Shown: positions 1 to 11,544, numbered from the stretch's first letter. The stretch is 64,000 bases of DNA from Escherichia coli (GCF_045037415.1 NZ_CP173438.1); one strand, 5' to 3'. Notes: generated by a model from the letters alone, not told the origin. Made by a program: numbers and translations.

Positions 1-1
1 A

Positions 2-316
2 GCGCTGGCCGGAGGCCCCATCGGTAAATTACGCACCGGGGATGTAATTGAAATTAAAATTGATTGTCGCGAGCTTCACGGCGAAGTCAATTTCCTCGGA
101 ACCCGTAGCGATGAACAATTACCTTCACAGGAGGAGGCAACTGCAATATTAAATGCCAGACCCAGCCATCAGGATTTACTTCCCGATCCTGAATTGCCAG
201 ATGATACCCAGCTATGGGCAATGCTTCAGGCCGTGAGTGGCGGGACATGGACCGGTTGTATTTATGATGTAAACAAAATTGGCGCGGCTTTGCGCGATTT
301 TATGAATAAAAACTGA
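2..316 (+). CDS. yjhG: Sugar-acid dehydratase (IlvD/EDD family, YjhG-like), C-terminal fragment; 5' end outside window
   Basis: Open frame from window edge to TGA at 314-316; tail ...GTWTGCIYDVNKIGAALRDFMNKN resembles YjhG/YagF C-terminus; sits upstream of yjhF as in K-12. Confidence 0.75.
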   Translation, partial: ALAGGPIGKLRTGDVIEIKIDCRELHGEVNFLGTRSDEQLPSQEEATAILNARPSHQDLLPDPELPDDTQLWAMLQAVSGGTWTGCIYDVNKIGAALRDFMNKN

Positions 317-422
317 AAGCATAAATAAAAACATCCAGACACCTGAATTATCCGACTCTGCATCATTCGTTATTTGCTCAGTCGGATAATGATGGGTCGC
401 TACCCTGTTATGAGAGGACGTT

Positions 423-1772
423 ATGCCACTAATTATCGTTGTGGCAGGGATTGCTTTACTCCTGCTTTTAACCATAAAAATTAAGCTTAATACGTTTGTT
501 TCGTTAATTATTGTCTCGATTGCTGTCGCCATCGCCAGTGGTATGGATTTGAGTAAAGTCGTCACCTCAGTCGAATCCGGGCTTGGCGGTACGCTGGGCC
601 ATATTGGTTTGATATTTGGCTTCGGTGTTATGCTCGGTCGCTTGCTGGCCGATGCGGGTGGTGCGCAGCGAATAGCGCTGACCATGCTGAATTATTTCGG
701 GAAAAATAAACTTGACTGGGCAGTGGTCTGTTCGGCGTTTATTGTCGGTATCGCACTTTTTTTCGAAGTCGGTTTAATTCTTCTGGTACCTATTTTATTC
801 GCTATTGCCCGTGAAGCAAAAATATCACCGATGTTTATGTGTGTGCCGATGCTTTCTGGTTTGCTGGTCGCACACGGTTTTTTGCCGCCGCACCCCGGCC
901 CGACTGTTATCGCCAGGGAATATGGCGCTGATGTAGGATTGGTACTGATATACGGTATCATTGTCGGCATTCCAACCTTTATTCTTTGCGGCCCGGTATT
1001 GAATAAATTCTGCCAGCGCATTATTCCGGACGCCTTTAAAAAAGAGGGGAATATAGCCTCTCTCGGCGCGACCCGCCGATTCAGCGAAAGCGAAATGCCA
1101 GGCTTTGGGATCAGTTTTCTCACGGCAATGCTGCCGGTGATCCTGATGGCGGTTGTCACCATCATCCAGATGACTCATGCCAAAAGTGCCGCGGATTCTG
1201 GCTTATTTTACAACGTGATACTGTTCTTAGGTAATTCGACGATCGCCATGCTGATTTCACTGCTGTTCGCGATCTATACCATGGGCCTGGGGCGCGGGAA
1301 AACAATCCCTGACCTGATGGATTCTTGCGGAAAAGCTATCGCGGGTATTGCCGGTCTGCTGCTGATTATCGGTGGTGGTGGTGCATTCAAGCAAGTTCTC
1401 ATCGACTCTGGCGTTGGTCAGTATATTTCCACCCTGGTTTCGGGTATGGATATTAACCCGATCTTGATGGCCTGGGGCGTGGCCGCATTCCTGCGTATTT
1501 GTCTGGGTTCAGCCACCGTCGCGGCGATCTCTACCGCCGGTCTGGTCATCCCATTGTTGGCAGTACATCCCAATACCAACCTGGCCTTGATTACGCTGGC
1601 TACCGGTGCCGGATCCTGTATTTGTTCTCACGTTAACGATGCCAGTTTCTGGATGATTAAAGACTTTTTTGGCCTGACCACCAAAGAAACGCTGTTATCC
1701 TGGACGTTGATGTCCACACTCTTATCCATCAGTGGGCTGATTTTTATTCTGCTCGCCAGCTTAGTTTTATAA
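423..1772 (+). CDS. yjhF: GntP-family gluconate/sugar-acid permease
   Basis: 449-aa polytopic membrane ORF with GntP-like composition; K-12 synteny yjhG-yjhF-yjhU. Confidence 0.85.
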
Positions 1773-2118
1773 TCGGGTTCTTGCCAGTGAGCCAACCTGT
1801 TGTTCACTGTCCCCCATAATTTAGTGAGTGACGGCAACCGTCTGCACGGTGACGAATCGCTGGCGATCAAAAAGGGGCGATATTGAACCGTCGATTATGC
1901 TTGATGGGTGTACTCTCAGTAATACTGTAAAGCCGGAGCATGTCTCCGACTTTACAGTATGGGGGAACAGCAGGCGATCGCTCAAATGGTATGCTGGTTT
2001 ATTTCATGTAAAAGAATAAAATATCTGTATAAAATCATGCCACTGGCAATCTGCATCAACTCTCCGGGTAAACAGGGTTAAGATGAGCATTTCCCCGGTT
2101 TAATACAGGTATACAAAA

Positions 2119-3105
2119 GTGGATAGAGATCAAACAAACAGCAGCCTGTTCAATGATGATCCCGTACTTCATGCAACATGGCTGTACTATCAGGAAGGCA
2201 AAAGCCAGACTGAAGTTGCAGCTATCATGGGGGTGTCCCGCGTCACGGTTGTCAAATACCTGCAAACAGCCCGGGAAAATGGACTGGTTCATATCAACCT
2301 GGATGTGAATGTCTTTGGCTCTATCGACGCTGCTTTGCAAATTCGCGATAAATTCAATCTCCAGAGAGTGATCATCGTGCCGGATGGCGAACATGCCGGA
2401 AAACGTGATGATACAAAGCTGATGCGGACTCGCCTTTCACGTGCCGGTGGCATGTATCTGAATCAGGTGATTGAGAATGGTGATGTGCTGGGGGTTGCCT
2501 GGGGAAGAACAATCCATCAGATGAGCAAAACCATGACGCCGAAGTCATGTAAAAATGTCACCGTTATACAGATGCTCGGTTCCATGCCATCTCAGCCAGA
2601 CCTGACGATCATTGAATCCTCATCGCAAATCGCCTACAAGCTTTCAGGCCGTGTCGCCTCGCTGCACGTGCCCGCCGTGGTATCAAGCGCCAGACTGGCC
2701 ATGGAGTTACAGGCAGAGCCTATTATTCGATCGAATTTTGACGTTCTGACTCGCTGTACGAAAGCCTTTTTTGTCGTGGGTAACGCGCTTGATGAAAATC
2801 CCCTGATTCGGGTGGGCGTGCTGAATAAGAAGGAAATGCAGACGTATCGGGATTTAGGCGCAGTAGGTGTCATTTGTGGTCGCTTCTATGACAAGGAAGG
2901 GATGCCCGTCGTGGCTGATGTTGACCAGCGTATTCTGGGAATCAGTCTGGCTCAGCTAAGGCAGATTGAACGGAAGATCTTCCTTGCTGGTGGGGAAAGA
3001 GGCTATGACGCAACGTTGGGTGCCCTGCTGGGAGGATATGTCACGGACCTGATTGTTGATGAAGGAACGGCAGAGTTTTTGCTGGCGTGTGAATTACCAC
3101 ACTAA
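2119..3105 (+). CDS. yjhU: SorC/DeoR-type sugar-binding transcriptional regulator (GTG start)
   Basis: 328-aa ORF with N-terminal HTH (SQTEVAAIMGVSRVTVVKYL) and SorC-like sugar-binding body; position matches K-12 yjhU. Confidence 0.8.
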   Translation: MDRDQTNSSLFNDDPVLHATWLYYQEGKSQTEVAAIMGVSRVTVVKYLQTARENGLVHINLDVNVFGSIDAALQIRDKFNLQRVIIVPDGEHAGKRDDTKLMRTRLSRAGGMYLNQVIENGDVLGVAWGRTIHQMSKTMTPKSCKNVTVIQMLGSMPSQPDLTIIESSSQIAYKLSGRVASLHVPAVVSSARLAMELQAEPIIRSNFDVLTRCTKAFFVVGNALDENPLIRVGVLNKKEMQTYRDLGAVGVICGRFYDKEGMPVVADVDQRILGISLAQLRQIERKIFLAGGERGYDATLGALLGGYVTDLIVDEGTAEFLLACELPH

Positions 3106-3117
3106 AAGAATGAACAA

Positions 3118-3150
3118 CTGCCCCATGTGGATATGGGGCAGGATTTTATT
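3118..3150. terminator. Putative bidirectional rho-independent terminator between convergent yjhU and transporter gene
   Basis: Inverted repeat TGCCCCATgtggatATGGGGCA followed by a T-rich tract. Confidence 0.5.
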
Positions 3151-4151
3151 GATTAGCGGCGATAATAAGAACAATACCCACAATGTATGAAATAAACATG
3201 GTCAGCAGCAGTTTATTGGTTCCGGCTGGCGCACTGGCAAATTCTCTCCAGATGAAGACTCCCCAGATCACGGCAATCATTGTGGCCCCCTGTCCCAGAC
3301 CGTAGGAAATGGCATACCCCGCCTGACCAGACGCAATCAGACTGAATGCCAGACCGACACACCAAATCATACCGCCCAGCCAGCCGCAAACATGATCCCG
3401 TAAGCTCCCGGAAAAATACATTTTCCCGTTGACCGGTTCTCCTGAAATAGGTTTTTTCATGACCAGCGTGTTAAGGACAAAGTTCGACAAGAACAGCCCC
3501 ACGGCAAACAGAACAAGTGCTGAGTAAGGCGTCATCAGACCGCTGGCAGGCTGGCTGAAATTGTCAGACATGGAGTCCGCCAAGAAGCGGAAAAACCATC
3601 CCATGATGATACCCGCCAGAATGGCAGTAATGAGAACCTTTATTACGGCGAGATTTATCCGCCTCCTGCGTGACACGACCATAGGCTATCGCGGTAAAAA
3701 TAATGGCGCTCACAACGCAGGCGACACCGAGGAACAGAATGAGCGGATCGCCCTGCGGATTGCCGATATAGGTGGTGATCACACCCAGAGCCAGTGCCAG
3801 CCCCACACCCACAGGAAAAGCTACCGCCATACCGGCAAGATTAATAGAAGCGACCAGAAGAATATTGGAAATATTGAAGATAATCCCTGCCAGTATTGCC
3901 GACATCAGACTACTGCTGCTCGCCTGCTGAATATCAGGTATAAAACTGCGACCGGCTTCGCCCATAGAACCCAGCGTGAAGGCAAATAACAAAGAACACA
4001 GCAATAATCCAATTGAATAATCCCAATAGAATAGAGGGAACTCCCATTTTTTATTGCTGACAAGTTTAGTTGTATTCGCCCATGAACCCCAGCAAATCAT
4101 GGTAATAAAACACATTATTATGGCGACAGCATACGATTCCACGATAAACAT
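3146..4151 (-). CDS. GRP/RbsU-type (DMT superfamily) sugar uptake protein, apparently frameshifted around 3645-3680
   Basis: Two overlapping minus-strand ORFs (3564-4151 and 3146-3682), both multi-TM, frames switching near a shared SRR(R) stretch. Confidence 0.55.
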
Positions 4152-4254
4152 AAATAACTCCTTGTGGTAGTTATAATCAATCGTTGTGGACAGAGGGAAT
4201 AGCAGCCATTCTGCGAATGGCTGTCATATGTTATTAATTAAAATAAAGCTGTAA

Positions 4255-4896
4255 TTACGCTTTCAAACCATACGTTTTGAATTTTTCAAGGACGATGGTC
4301 ATTTCGGCTTCAGACAGCACGGGAACATCGTGATGTAATCCGCCACATTTGATGTATAAATCAGCCAGCGTCTCGGTTTCACCCGCCAGCCACAACGTCT
4401 TTTCCAGCGTGACGTCCATGGCCAGCATACCGTGGTGCTGCATCAGCAAGGACTTACTTTCTCTGATTCCTTTAGATACACCGTCGGCCAGTTCAGGACT
4501 GCCAAAGGTATAATAGGGAATACAGGGAATATGATCCGTCCCCGATACCGCCACCATATAATGAATGGCCGGAATTGAATGATTATGTATTGCCACCGCC
4601 GTGGAATTCACCGCATGCGTATGTATGACAGCATTCAATTCTGGTCTGGCTTTATAACACGCCAGATGAAATAACCATTCACTTGATGGTATTTTACCCG
4701 CTTCAGGTATTCCCTTATCGTCTACAAAGACAATCATGTCCGGCGTCATCTTTGAATAAGCGATCCCACTCGGCGTAATCAACATGCCACCGGTATACCT
4801 GGCACTCACATTACCTGATGTTCCTTGATTAAGACCTGACGCATTCATTTCCCGACAAGTGGAAATGATTTTTTCTGCTAACTTAATCCGTTCCAT
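4255..4896 (-). CDS. Class II aldolase/adducin-family protein (DHAP-shunt type aldolase)
   Basis: 213-aa ORF with class II aldolase signatures (GTSGNVSAR, metal-binding His cluster HTHAVNSTAVAIH); immediately downstream of mtnA. Confidence 0.8.
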   Translation of the reverse strand: MERIKLAEKIISTCREMNASGLNQGTSGNVSARYTGGMLITPSGIAYSKMTPDMIVFVDDKGIPEAGKIPSSEWLFHLACYKARPELNAVIHTHAVNSTAVAIHNHSIPAIHYMVAVSGTDHIPCIPYYTFGSPELADGVSKGIRESKSLLMQHHGMLAMDVTLEKTLWLAGETETLADLYIKCGGLHHDVPVLSEAEMTIVLEKFKTYGLKA

Positions 4897-4926
4897 TCCT
4901 GATCCTTAATAGCAATGGCCGCCGTT

Positions 4927-6042
4927 TTAATGCTGTTCCCCCTGGAGTGCTTTACTCTTCAGGTCAGCAAACATATCCGCCAGCGCTGACTTACTGGCAG
5001 CACAGACTCCCCGCTCAGTAATGAAGCCGGTAATGTATCGGGCAGGCGTGACGTCGAAAGCGTAGTTCCCACAACGGGTTCCTTCAGGGGCGGTATTGAC
5101 CCAGCTCAATTCTCCCTGAGGGTTTATCCCATAGACATGGGACTGCTCTTTTCCGTCACGTTGCTCAATCGGAATGCTTTTTCCGTCCTCGATAGTCCAG
5201 TCAATAGTGGGAGAAGGTAACGCGACGTAGAAGGGAACATGGTTATCATGGGCCGCCAGCGCCTTAAGATAGGTACCAATTTTATTACAGACATCCCCTC
5301 TGGCCGTGGTTCGATCGGTCCCAACAATGCAGAGATCAACGTCACCGTGTTGCATCAGGTGGCCACCCGCGTTGTCGGCGATCAGGGTGTGAGGAATACC
5401 GTGTGAGCCCAGTTCAAATGCCGTGAGTCCGCCCTGATTACGTGGCCGCGTTTCATCCACCCAGACGTGAACAGGGATTCCGTTTTCATGCGCTTTGTAG
5501 ATGGGAGAAAGCGCGGTTCCCCAGTCTACAGTCGCCAGCCAGCCTGCGTTACAATGTGTCAGGATATTGACCACACTCCCGGCCGGTTTTTTCTGGGCTA
5601 TTTCGCGGATGACTTCTGTACCATGTAATCCAATTTGTTCACACAACGCGACATCTTCCTCGGCAATTTCTGCCGCCAGCGCCCAGGCCACATCCTTGCG
5701 CTCTGATACACAGAGATCCTTCAGTGTGTCTATCATCCTGTCGAGGGCCCATTTGAGATTAATTGCCGTTGGTCGGGTTTTGATAAGAAGGTCATAGTAA
5801 CGCTGCAGACCCATGTCACTGGCATCGTGATTCATTCCCAGCGCGATGCCATAGGCTGCAACGACACCAATAAGCGGAGCGCCACGAACCCACATCTCCT
5901 GAATAGCCGTAGCGGCCATTTCCGCAGAGGTAAGCGCCACCACCTCGAACTTAAAAGGCAACTTAGTCTGATCGATGATTTCTACCGCTTTTCCATCCCC
6001 GGAAACCCAGACCGTACGATAGTGTTTACCTTTAATATTCAT
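4927..6042 (-). CDS. mtnA: S-methyl-5-thioribose-1-phosphate isomerase (eIF-2B alpha/beta/delta family)
   Basis: 371-aa ORF; N-terminus ...[19 protein letters not shown] and ...[20 protein letters not shown] typical of MtnA. Confidence 0.85.
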   Translation of the reverse strand: MNIKGKHYRTVWVSGDGKAVEIIDQTKLPFKFEVVALTSAEMAATAIQEMWVRGAPLIGVVAAYGIALGMNHDASDMGLQRYYDLLIKTRPTAINLKWALDRMIDTLKDLCVSERKDVAWALAAEIAEEDVALCEQIGLHGTEVIREIAQKKPAGSVVNILTHCNAGWLATVDWGTALSPIYKAHENGIPVHVWVDETRPRNQGGLTAFELGSHGIPHTLIADNAGGHLMQHGDVDLCIVGTDRTTARGDVCNKIGTYLKALAAHDNHVPFYVALPSPTIDWTIEDGKSIPIEQRDGKEQSHVYGINPQGELSWVNTAPEGTRCGNYAFDVTPARYITGFITERGVCAASKSALADMFADLKSKALQGEQH

Positions 6043-6051
6043 AATGACCTC

Positions 6052-7311
6052 TTACTTAACCTTCGCAGACTGGATGACGGAATCCATATTTTTAAACTGG
6101 CGGGCATTGACGATAAGATCGCGCGCCATGGTCAATGCACGTCGTTCACATCCTGCGCGAAGCTCTGTATTTTCAATCTGTTTCAGCTCGGCAACGCCAG
6201 CAAAACCAATGATCCGGCGATTCATTTCCATGCCGGCATTCACCAGGGAATCTTCAAGCAGCGTGGCAAAAAACTGATCCTGTGCGTCCTCAAGAGCGGC
6301 CCTGTTCTGTTGATACATTTCTGTCGGCCACGCGTCGCCCTGTGTTTTGTTGTCCCAGAGCTGGCGGAACTCCCGGGTGAAAACGGACCAGGTTTGGACA
6401 ATCTGCTGAAGCAGCCATTCCTGATAGTCAGCGCGACGTTGCTCATTCGCATCCCACCCAGGGCGTGAGAAGTACGCCAGCAGGAGGTTGCCAATATAGT
6501 TGCCGATATCAAACGCCATTGGCCCCATGAAACCGAACTCCGGATCAATCACTTTGGTATCCGTGTCGGTCACCATGATTGAGCCTGAATGAAGGTCGCC
6601 ATGTAACAATGCCTGCGCTTCTGTCATAAATTTGTACTTATAACGCATGGCAACCTGGATCATCTCTACATCAGCCCAGGCCTTATGGACGGCATCGTCC
6701 AGCTCAGGAGAAGTCCAGTTATTCCGTTCAGCGTTGTAATAGGGCTCTGTGAAGATCAGATCTTCCGTAATTTTGCACAGCTCATGATTCAACGCGAACT
6801 CGGCAGTAAGCGCTTTTTTCTGTTCTGCTGACATGCCAATGTCAGACGTATTGAAGAGAGTCTGTGCTAAAAATCTGCCGATATCTTCAGCTAGTTTAGG
6901 GAATTTTTTACCGTTAATCAGTTCCTTACGCAGAATCACGTGAGGAGTCAGATACTCCATGGCAAACAGCGCCATTTCCGGGTCGTAAAAATAGACCTGC
7001 GGAATCAGTGTGTGACCCGCGTACTTGGCTTCCTGACATAAGACGTTGTACTCAAAGCCCGCACGGCTCAGAGATAAAGGCCATCCTTCGCCCCCTGCAC
7101 GAAGCCAGGGCAGAGCTTGTTTTACAATGATGGTTTTATGTGTCCCCTCAACGATAAACACCATGTTCAGGTTTCCGTCCCCCACTTCTGAAACTTTCCA
7201 CTCTTCAGGTAACCCTCCCGGTTCGCATGAAGGGGTCAGTCTGGACGAGAGATAACCCGGCAGCGTGTCACATGTCAGCGGCTTGTAACCTGATGGAATT
7301 GAATCCGTCAT
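6052..7311 (-). CDS. mtnK: 5-methylthioribose kinase
   Basis: 419-aa ORF with aminoglycoside-phosphotransferase-like kinase fold motifs (HGDLHSGSIMV, DPEFGFMGP); 10-bp gap to mtnA. Confidence 0.85.
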   Translation of the reverse strand: MTDSIPSGYKPLTCDTLPGYLSSRLTPSCEPGGLPEEWKVSEVGDGNLNMVFIVEGTHKTIIVKQALPWLRAGGEGWPLSLSRAGFEYNVLCQEAKYAGHTLIPQVYFYDPEMALFAMEYLTPHVILRKELINGKKFPKLAEDIGRFLAQTLFNTSDIGMSAEQKKALTAEFALNHELCKITEDLIFTEPYYNAERNNWTSPELDDAVHKAWADVEMIQVAMRYKYKFMTEAQALLHGDLHSGSIMVTDTDTKVIDPEFGFMGPMAFDIGNYIGNLLLAYFSRPGWDANEQRRADYQEWLLQQIVQTWSVFTREFRQLWDNKTQGDAWPTEMYQQNRAALEDAQDQFFATLLEDSLVNAGMEMNRRIIGFAGVAELKQIENTELRAGCERRALTMARDLIVNARQFKNMDSVIQSAKVK

Positions 7312-7926
7312 AACAGTTCTCCTTGTCTACACAGAATGATAATCAACTTGTCATGTGACAACTATACATTATCAAATGTAAAATTATTTGTGACACATGT
7401 AGATTTTTTGAACTGTATAATATTAAAAATGATGTCGTATGGAGTCATGATCTTTACAGGAATCAGCAGAGGAAAACATCTATTATTACCATGTAATTCA
7501 TGTTGTTATGTCGCAACAATAGTACTGCACGGGGAATTATTACGGGCAAACTTAGGCGAAAGGAAGTACTGAAGTGACAGAATAAATCACACTTTTTGTA
7601 CATATGTACTTTTCTATTGTCTTTTGTTGTGGAAACAAATAGTGTTTGTCATGCCGATGCTAATAGACAGATAGATTCGAGGGCCAACAGCCCCATCATC
7701 ATGATGGAGCAACAGAGGTGAGTCTAACGTTTCCGCACTTCTTATCGATCGGCACTAACGATCAATATCGATAAACTGATCTATCAAAACGATTATCTTT
7801 CTTGCAACCTGCCTGGTTATCCTTCTCTTACATTGCTCGCAGAAAAGCCCTTTTATTACGGTTAGTTATCTAGCTGAGACTTGCTACGCCCATTTTCCAT
7901 GTACCCCAAATCACGAGGTCACAAAG

Positions 7927-8104
7927 GCGCGGAAAGATGAAGAGATGTGCACGTTGCAACAAAAAAAGAAGCGTCCTTGAACAGAGGCTCTCACTCGATA
8001 AAGAATTCTGCGACGAGTGCTTATTCGATATCGATGAGGAAATCAGGGAAAGAAGGATTATCACGATCAGACGCCTCAAAGATGACAACGAAAGAAAATC
8101 GTAG
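7927..8104 (+). CDS. Hypothetical small zinc-ribbon protein (56 aa, CxxC...CxxC)
   Basis: ATG at 7927, ORF MKRCARCNKK...FCDECLFD... to TAG at 8102-8104; below the 60-aa ORF-track cutoff; weak RBS. Confidence 0.2.
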
Positions 8105-8110
8105 CTCAAT

Positions 8111-8857
8111 ATGAAAAATGGAATCGATGTCAGCGTCATTATCCCTGCTTACAACGCCGCTGAAACCAGCGTTAGTTTGGTTACTAAAATCCTCAGTGAA
8201 CCCCACTTGGCTATTGAACTTATCATTGTCGATGACGGTTCTACTGATGAAACTGGCAACGTTCTTCGTCAAATCCACGATGATCGGCTCATTCTCATTG
8301 AGCAGGCCAATCAAGGTGTCTATGCCGCCCGAAATGCTGCTCTAGCCTTGCACCAAGGAGAATAGGTTATATTCCTTGATGCGGACGACGATATAGCAGA
8401 TGGGTTCATAGAAAAAAGATGGCAGGCAGTTAGTACGTCGCAAGCCGACGTCATGATCTTTAATGGCTGGCATTCCTGTGCTGACCAACATCGAAGAGCG
8501 GTTCACAAAAAGCAGCCCTATGGTACGCCTCTGTCAGGTTATTAATGGATTAGACACTGTGTTACACACCGCGAATGGCCGCATTATCTGTGGCTGCAGA
8601 TGGTCAGGCCATCCTATGTCAGGCAGCATTCACTGCGCTTCCAGTCCGGCAGGAGCCATAAAGACATTTTTTAAACGGTTCATCTTGCAGCGAGCAATGG
8701 TTGATTCTGTACATTGGATATAAAGGACTATATCTATATCAACAATAAGGCCTCTATCACACATCGGCCGGATTACTACGTTGTTCGTGCTATAAACTAT
8801 GTTGAAGTGATCGCGAAAATCATCCAAGTAGCGGAACAAGAACAAAACAAAAAATAA
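8111..8857 (+). pseudogene. Family 2 glycosyltransferase, degraded by frameshifts and stops
   Basis: Intact N-terminus VSVIIPAYNAA...IIVDDGSTDET, then DxD motif (FLDADDD) and later segments only in other frames. Confidence 0.5.
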
Positions 8858-9468
8858 AGGTATTTTTGTACCGGCATGCGCTGGTAGAGGCACGTCATTT
8901 TTTGGGACTCTACCGCAATCGCGTTGGGGATAAATCGGGCATGAAGGACTGCTTCAAAGCGAACATATTCGCAGCCCATTTATTCAGAGGTATCAGCAGT
9001 TTTAGCGATGTGTTTTTCTTTATTAAGCTGCTGGGCAAGCTATTCTGATAAGTTGTGCGTTGCTACACGACACCAGCGCACAGCTTAATTTCACGCTTTC
9101 TGACTAAATTGTTCAGGCCTTTTCTATAGGTGCAAACACAACTCCCCGTACTTTCCTCTTCCAACTCAAAATCATCGCACCTTGCTGACCCAAGAAGGGA
9201 GCATACCCTGCACTAGTATCCGCACAGCTAATACTCTATTGATACCAACAACGCTTCAGCACAACAAAGTAACTCGATAATCACAACTCAAAGTGAAGAT
9301 GCCAAAAACTCGTTTGAGAGCAATAAATTCAATAACATGAAAAAAATGTATTTTGCATTGAAAATCTTACTTATTGCGCTTGGCTACAATTGCATGCTTG
9401 GTAATATAGATTATAAAACACCAGACTAGCTGCCTGGTAAGTAATGTAATAGCAGAGGAAATATCACG

Positions 9469-11544
9469 ATGGATCTTGTAGATAGTGTCGAAGCAGGTAA
9501 GCTGACGATCAGTGAATTGATTGATGCCCTGGCGAAAGATAAAAATTACTCAGCTTCCAAGTGGGATCAGCGATACCGTGAATTTACGACCTTGCTACAA
9601 CAAACCTCAACTTTTTCTGAACCTGAAACGGATGGTTTAGTCAAGAGGCTCTGGTATGAACGCGATAACGGTATTGCCAGTATTCGCCAGGGCGTTCCAT
9701 CCTTAGCAGAATATCAGCAAAGCCTGCCACTGCTTAGAGAACTAACTGAACGAATTCGGCAACAGCCGGATGAAGAAACTTACCAATATGTTGGCAATGC
9801 ACTACAACAAGCTAAAGAAAACGGACTTCTCAAGCGTATGTATAGGAGTTTGAGAAATCGCGTCTTTGCCGCGTTCTCGCCAGAAAACTACACCAGTACT
9901 GTGGATGAGAATGCTTTTAGTAAAGCAGCAGAATTCCTAAATCAGCACTTCCATCTCGGTCTGGCACTGACCGGAAATTGGTTACAGAAAAACTATGAAT
10001 TGAAACAAGCCATACACGCCCAATCTCCTGACACAGATCCTTATTACGTGAATATGGCCATCTGGCATCTCTATGAATTGCTCCGTGAACGCGATAATGA
10101 ACAAAAGCAGGAGAAAATAGCGAGCACTACATTCATAACCAGCAATGAGCCCATCGAGAACAAGATCATCCTACATTCACCAACTAACGTGATCTTCTTT
10201 GGCCCCCCTGGCACTGGCAAAACCTTCAGGTTGCAGCAAAAAATGAAAGAGTACACTTCTCATGCTGTTCCAGCTGATCGTGATGCCTGGCTGGATTCTC
10301 GCCTTGAATCGTTGAATTGGATGCAGGTTATAACGCTGGTGCTGCTCGATCTTGGGAAACGAGCCAAAGTTCGCCAAATTATTGAACATATGTGGTTTCA
10401 ACGTAAGGCATTATTAAACGGTCGTAATGGCAACCTATCGAATACAGCCTGGGCAGCTTTGCAATCCTATACAGTTCCCGAGTCGTTAACCGTTGATTAT
10501 AAGAATCGGCGTGAGCCTGCCGTATTTAACAAAACAGATAACAGCGAATGGTTGCTAGTTGATTCACAGCTCGAGCAAGTGGAGGATTTGGTAGAGCTCT
10601 ACGCCGAACTTAAACGAGGCCCTAAATCTGCCGAAGCCATCCAGCGTTTTGCGGTGGTTACGTTCCACCAATCTTACGGCTATGAAGAATTTATTGAAGG
10701 TATACGCGCTCGCTCTGACGAGAGTGGCAATATCTCTTATCCCATTGAGCCGGGTATCTTTATGCGCCTTTCCCAACGTGCCAATGCCGATCCAGGACAT
10801 CGCTACGCCATTTTCATTGATGAGATCAATCGCGGTAACATATCCAAGATCTTTGGTGAACTAATCTCACTCATTGAAGTAGACAAGCGTGCAGGCATGC
10901 CCAATGCAATGAGCCTACAACTGGCTTATAGCGGTGATCACTTCAGCGTACCCGCCAATGTCGATATCATCGGAGCCATGAATACAGCGGACCGTTCTTT
11001 AGCTCTGATGGACACGGCTTTGCGCCGTCGCTTTGACTTTGTCGAAATGATGCCCGATCTCTCTTTACTGAGTGGAGCTAAGGTGAAAGGCATAGAGCTC
11101 GAGTCGTTGTTAGAGAAACTCAATAGCCGCATCGAGGCTCTTTACGATCGTGAACATACGCTGGGGCATGCGTTCTTTATGCCGGTAAAAAATGCACTCG
11201 ATGCCGGTGATGAAGAAGCTGCGTTTAAACAATTGAAGATCGCATTCCAGAAAAAGATCATTCCGCTTTTACAGGAATACTTTTTCGATGACTGGAACAA
11301 GATCCGGTTGGTGCTGGCAGACAATCAAAAGCAAGACGACAACCTGCAATTCGTGATTGAGAAAACCGACGATCTCGATACGCTTTTTGGTAACAACCAT
11401 GGTTTACGACACCATGATCAGCAATCAACAGCTTACGAACTCAAAGATTTCGATCAAGAGATCTGGAATATTCCACAGGCTTATCGTTCAATTTATCAGC
11501 CCCAGCAGACTCCCCTTGATGAGCAGGCTGTAAATCATGGGTGA
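9469..11544 (+). CDS. McrB-family AAA+ GTPase (type IV restriction subunit) with non-canonical ~230-aa N-terminal domain
   Basis: Walker A FFGPPGTGKTF; McrB signature FHQSYGYEEFIEG; Walker B FIDEINRGNISKIFGE; MNTADRSLA...ALRRRF. Confidence 0.85.
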   Translation: MDLVDSVEAGKLTISELIDALAKDKNYSASKWDQRYREFTTLLQQTSTFSEPETDGLVKRLWYERDNGIASIRQGVPSLAEYQQSLPLLRELTERIRQQPDEETYQYVGNALQQAKENGLLKRMYRSLRNRVFAAFSPENYTSTVDENAFSKAAEFLNQHFHLGLALTGNWLQKNYELKQAIHAQSPDTDPYYVNMAIWHLYELLRERDNEQKQEKIASTTFITSNEPIENKIILHSPTNVIFFGPPGTGKTFRLQQKMKEYTSHAVPADRDAWLDSRLESLNWMQVITLVLLDLGKRAKVRQIIEHMWFQRKALLNGRNGNLSNTAWAALQSYTVPESLTVDYKNRREPAVFNKTDNSEWLLVDSQLEQVEDLVELYAELKRGPKSAEAIQRFAVVTFHQSYGYEEFIEGIRARSDESGNISYPIEPGIFMRLSQRANADPGHRYAIFIDEINRGNISKIFGELISLIEVDKRAGMPNAMSLQLAYSGDHFSVPANVDIIGAMNTADRSLALMDTALRRRFDFVEMMPDLSLLSGAKVKGIELESLLEKLNSRIEALYDREHTLGHAFFMPVKNALDAGDEEAAFKQLKIAFQKKIIPLLQEYFFDDWNKIRLVLADNQKQDDNLQFVIEKTDDLDTLFGNNHGLRHHDQQSTAYELKDFDQEIWNIPQAYRSIYQPQQTPLDEQAVNHG

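Noticed and set aside
5827-6548. Plus- and minus-strand ORFs of 77-213 aa
   Set aside because: Antisense or alternative frames inside mtnA and mtnK.
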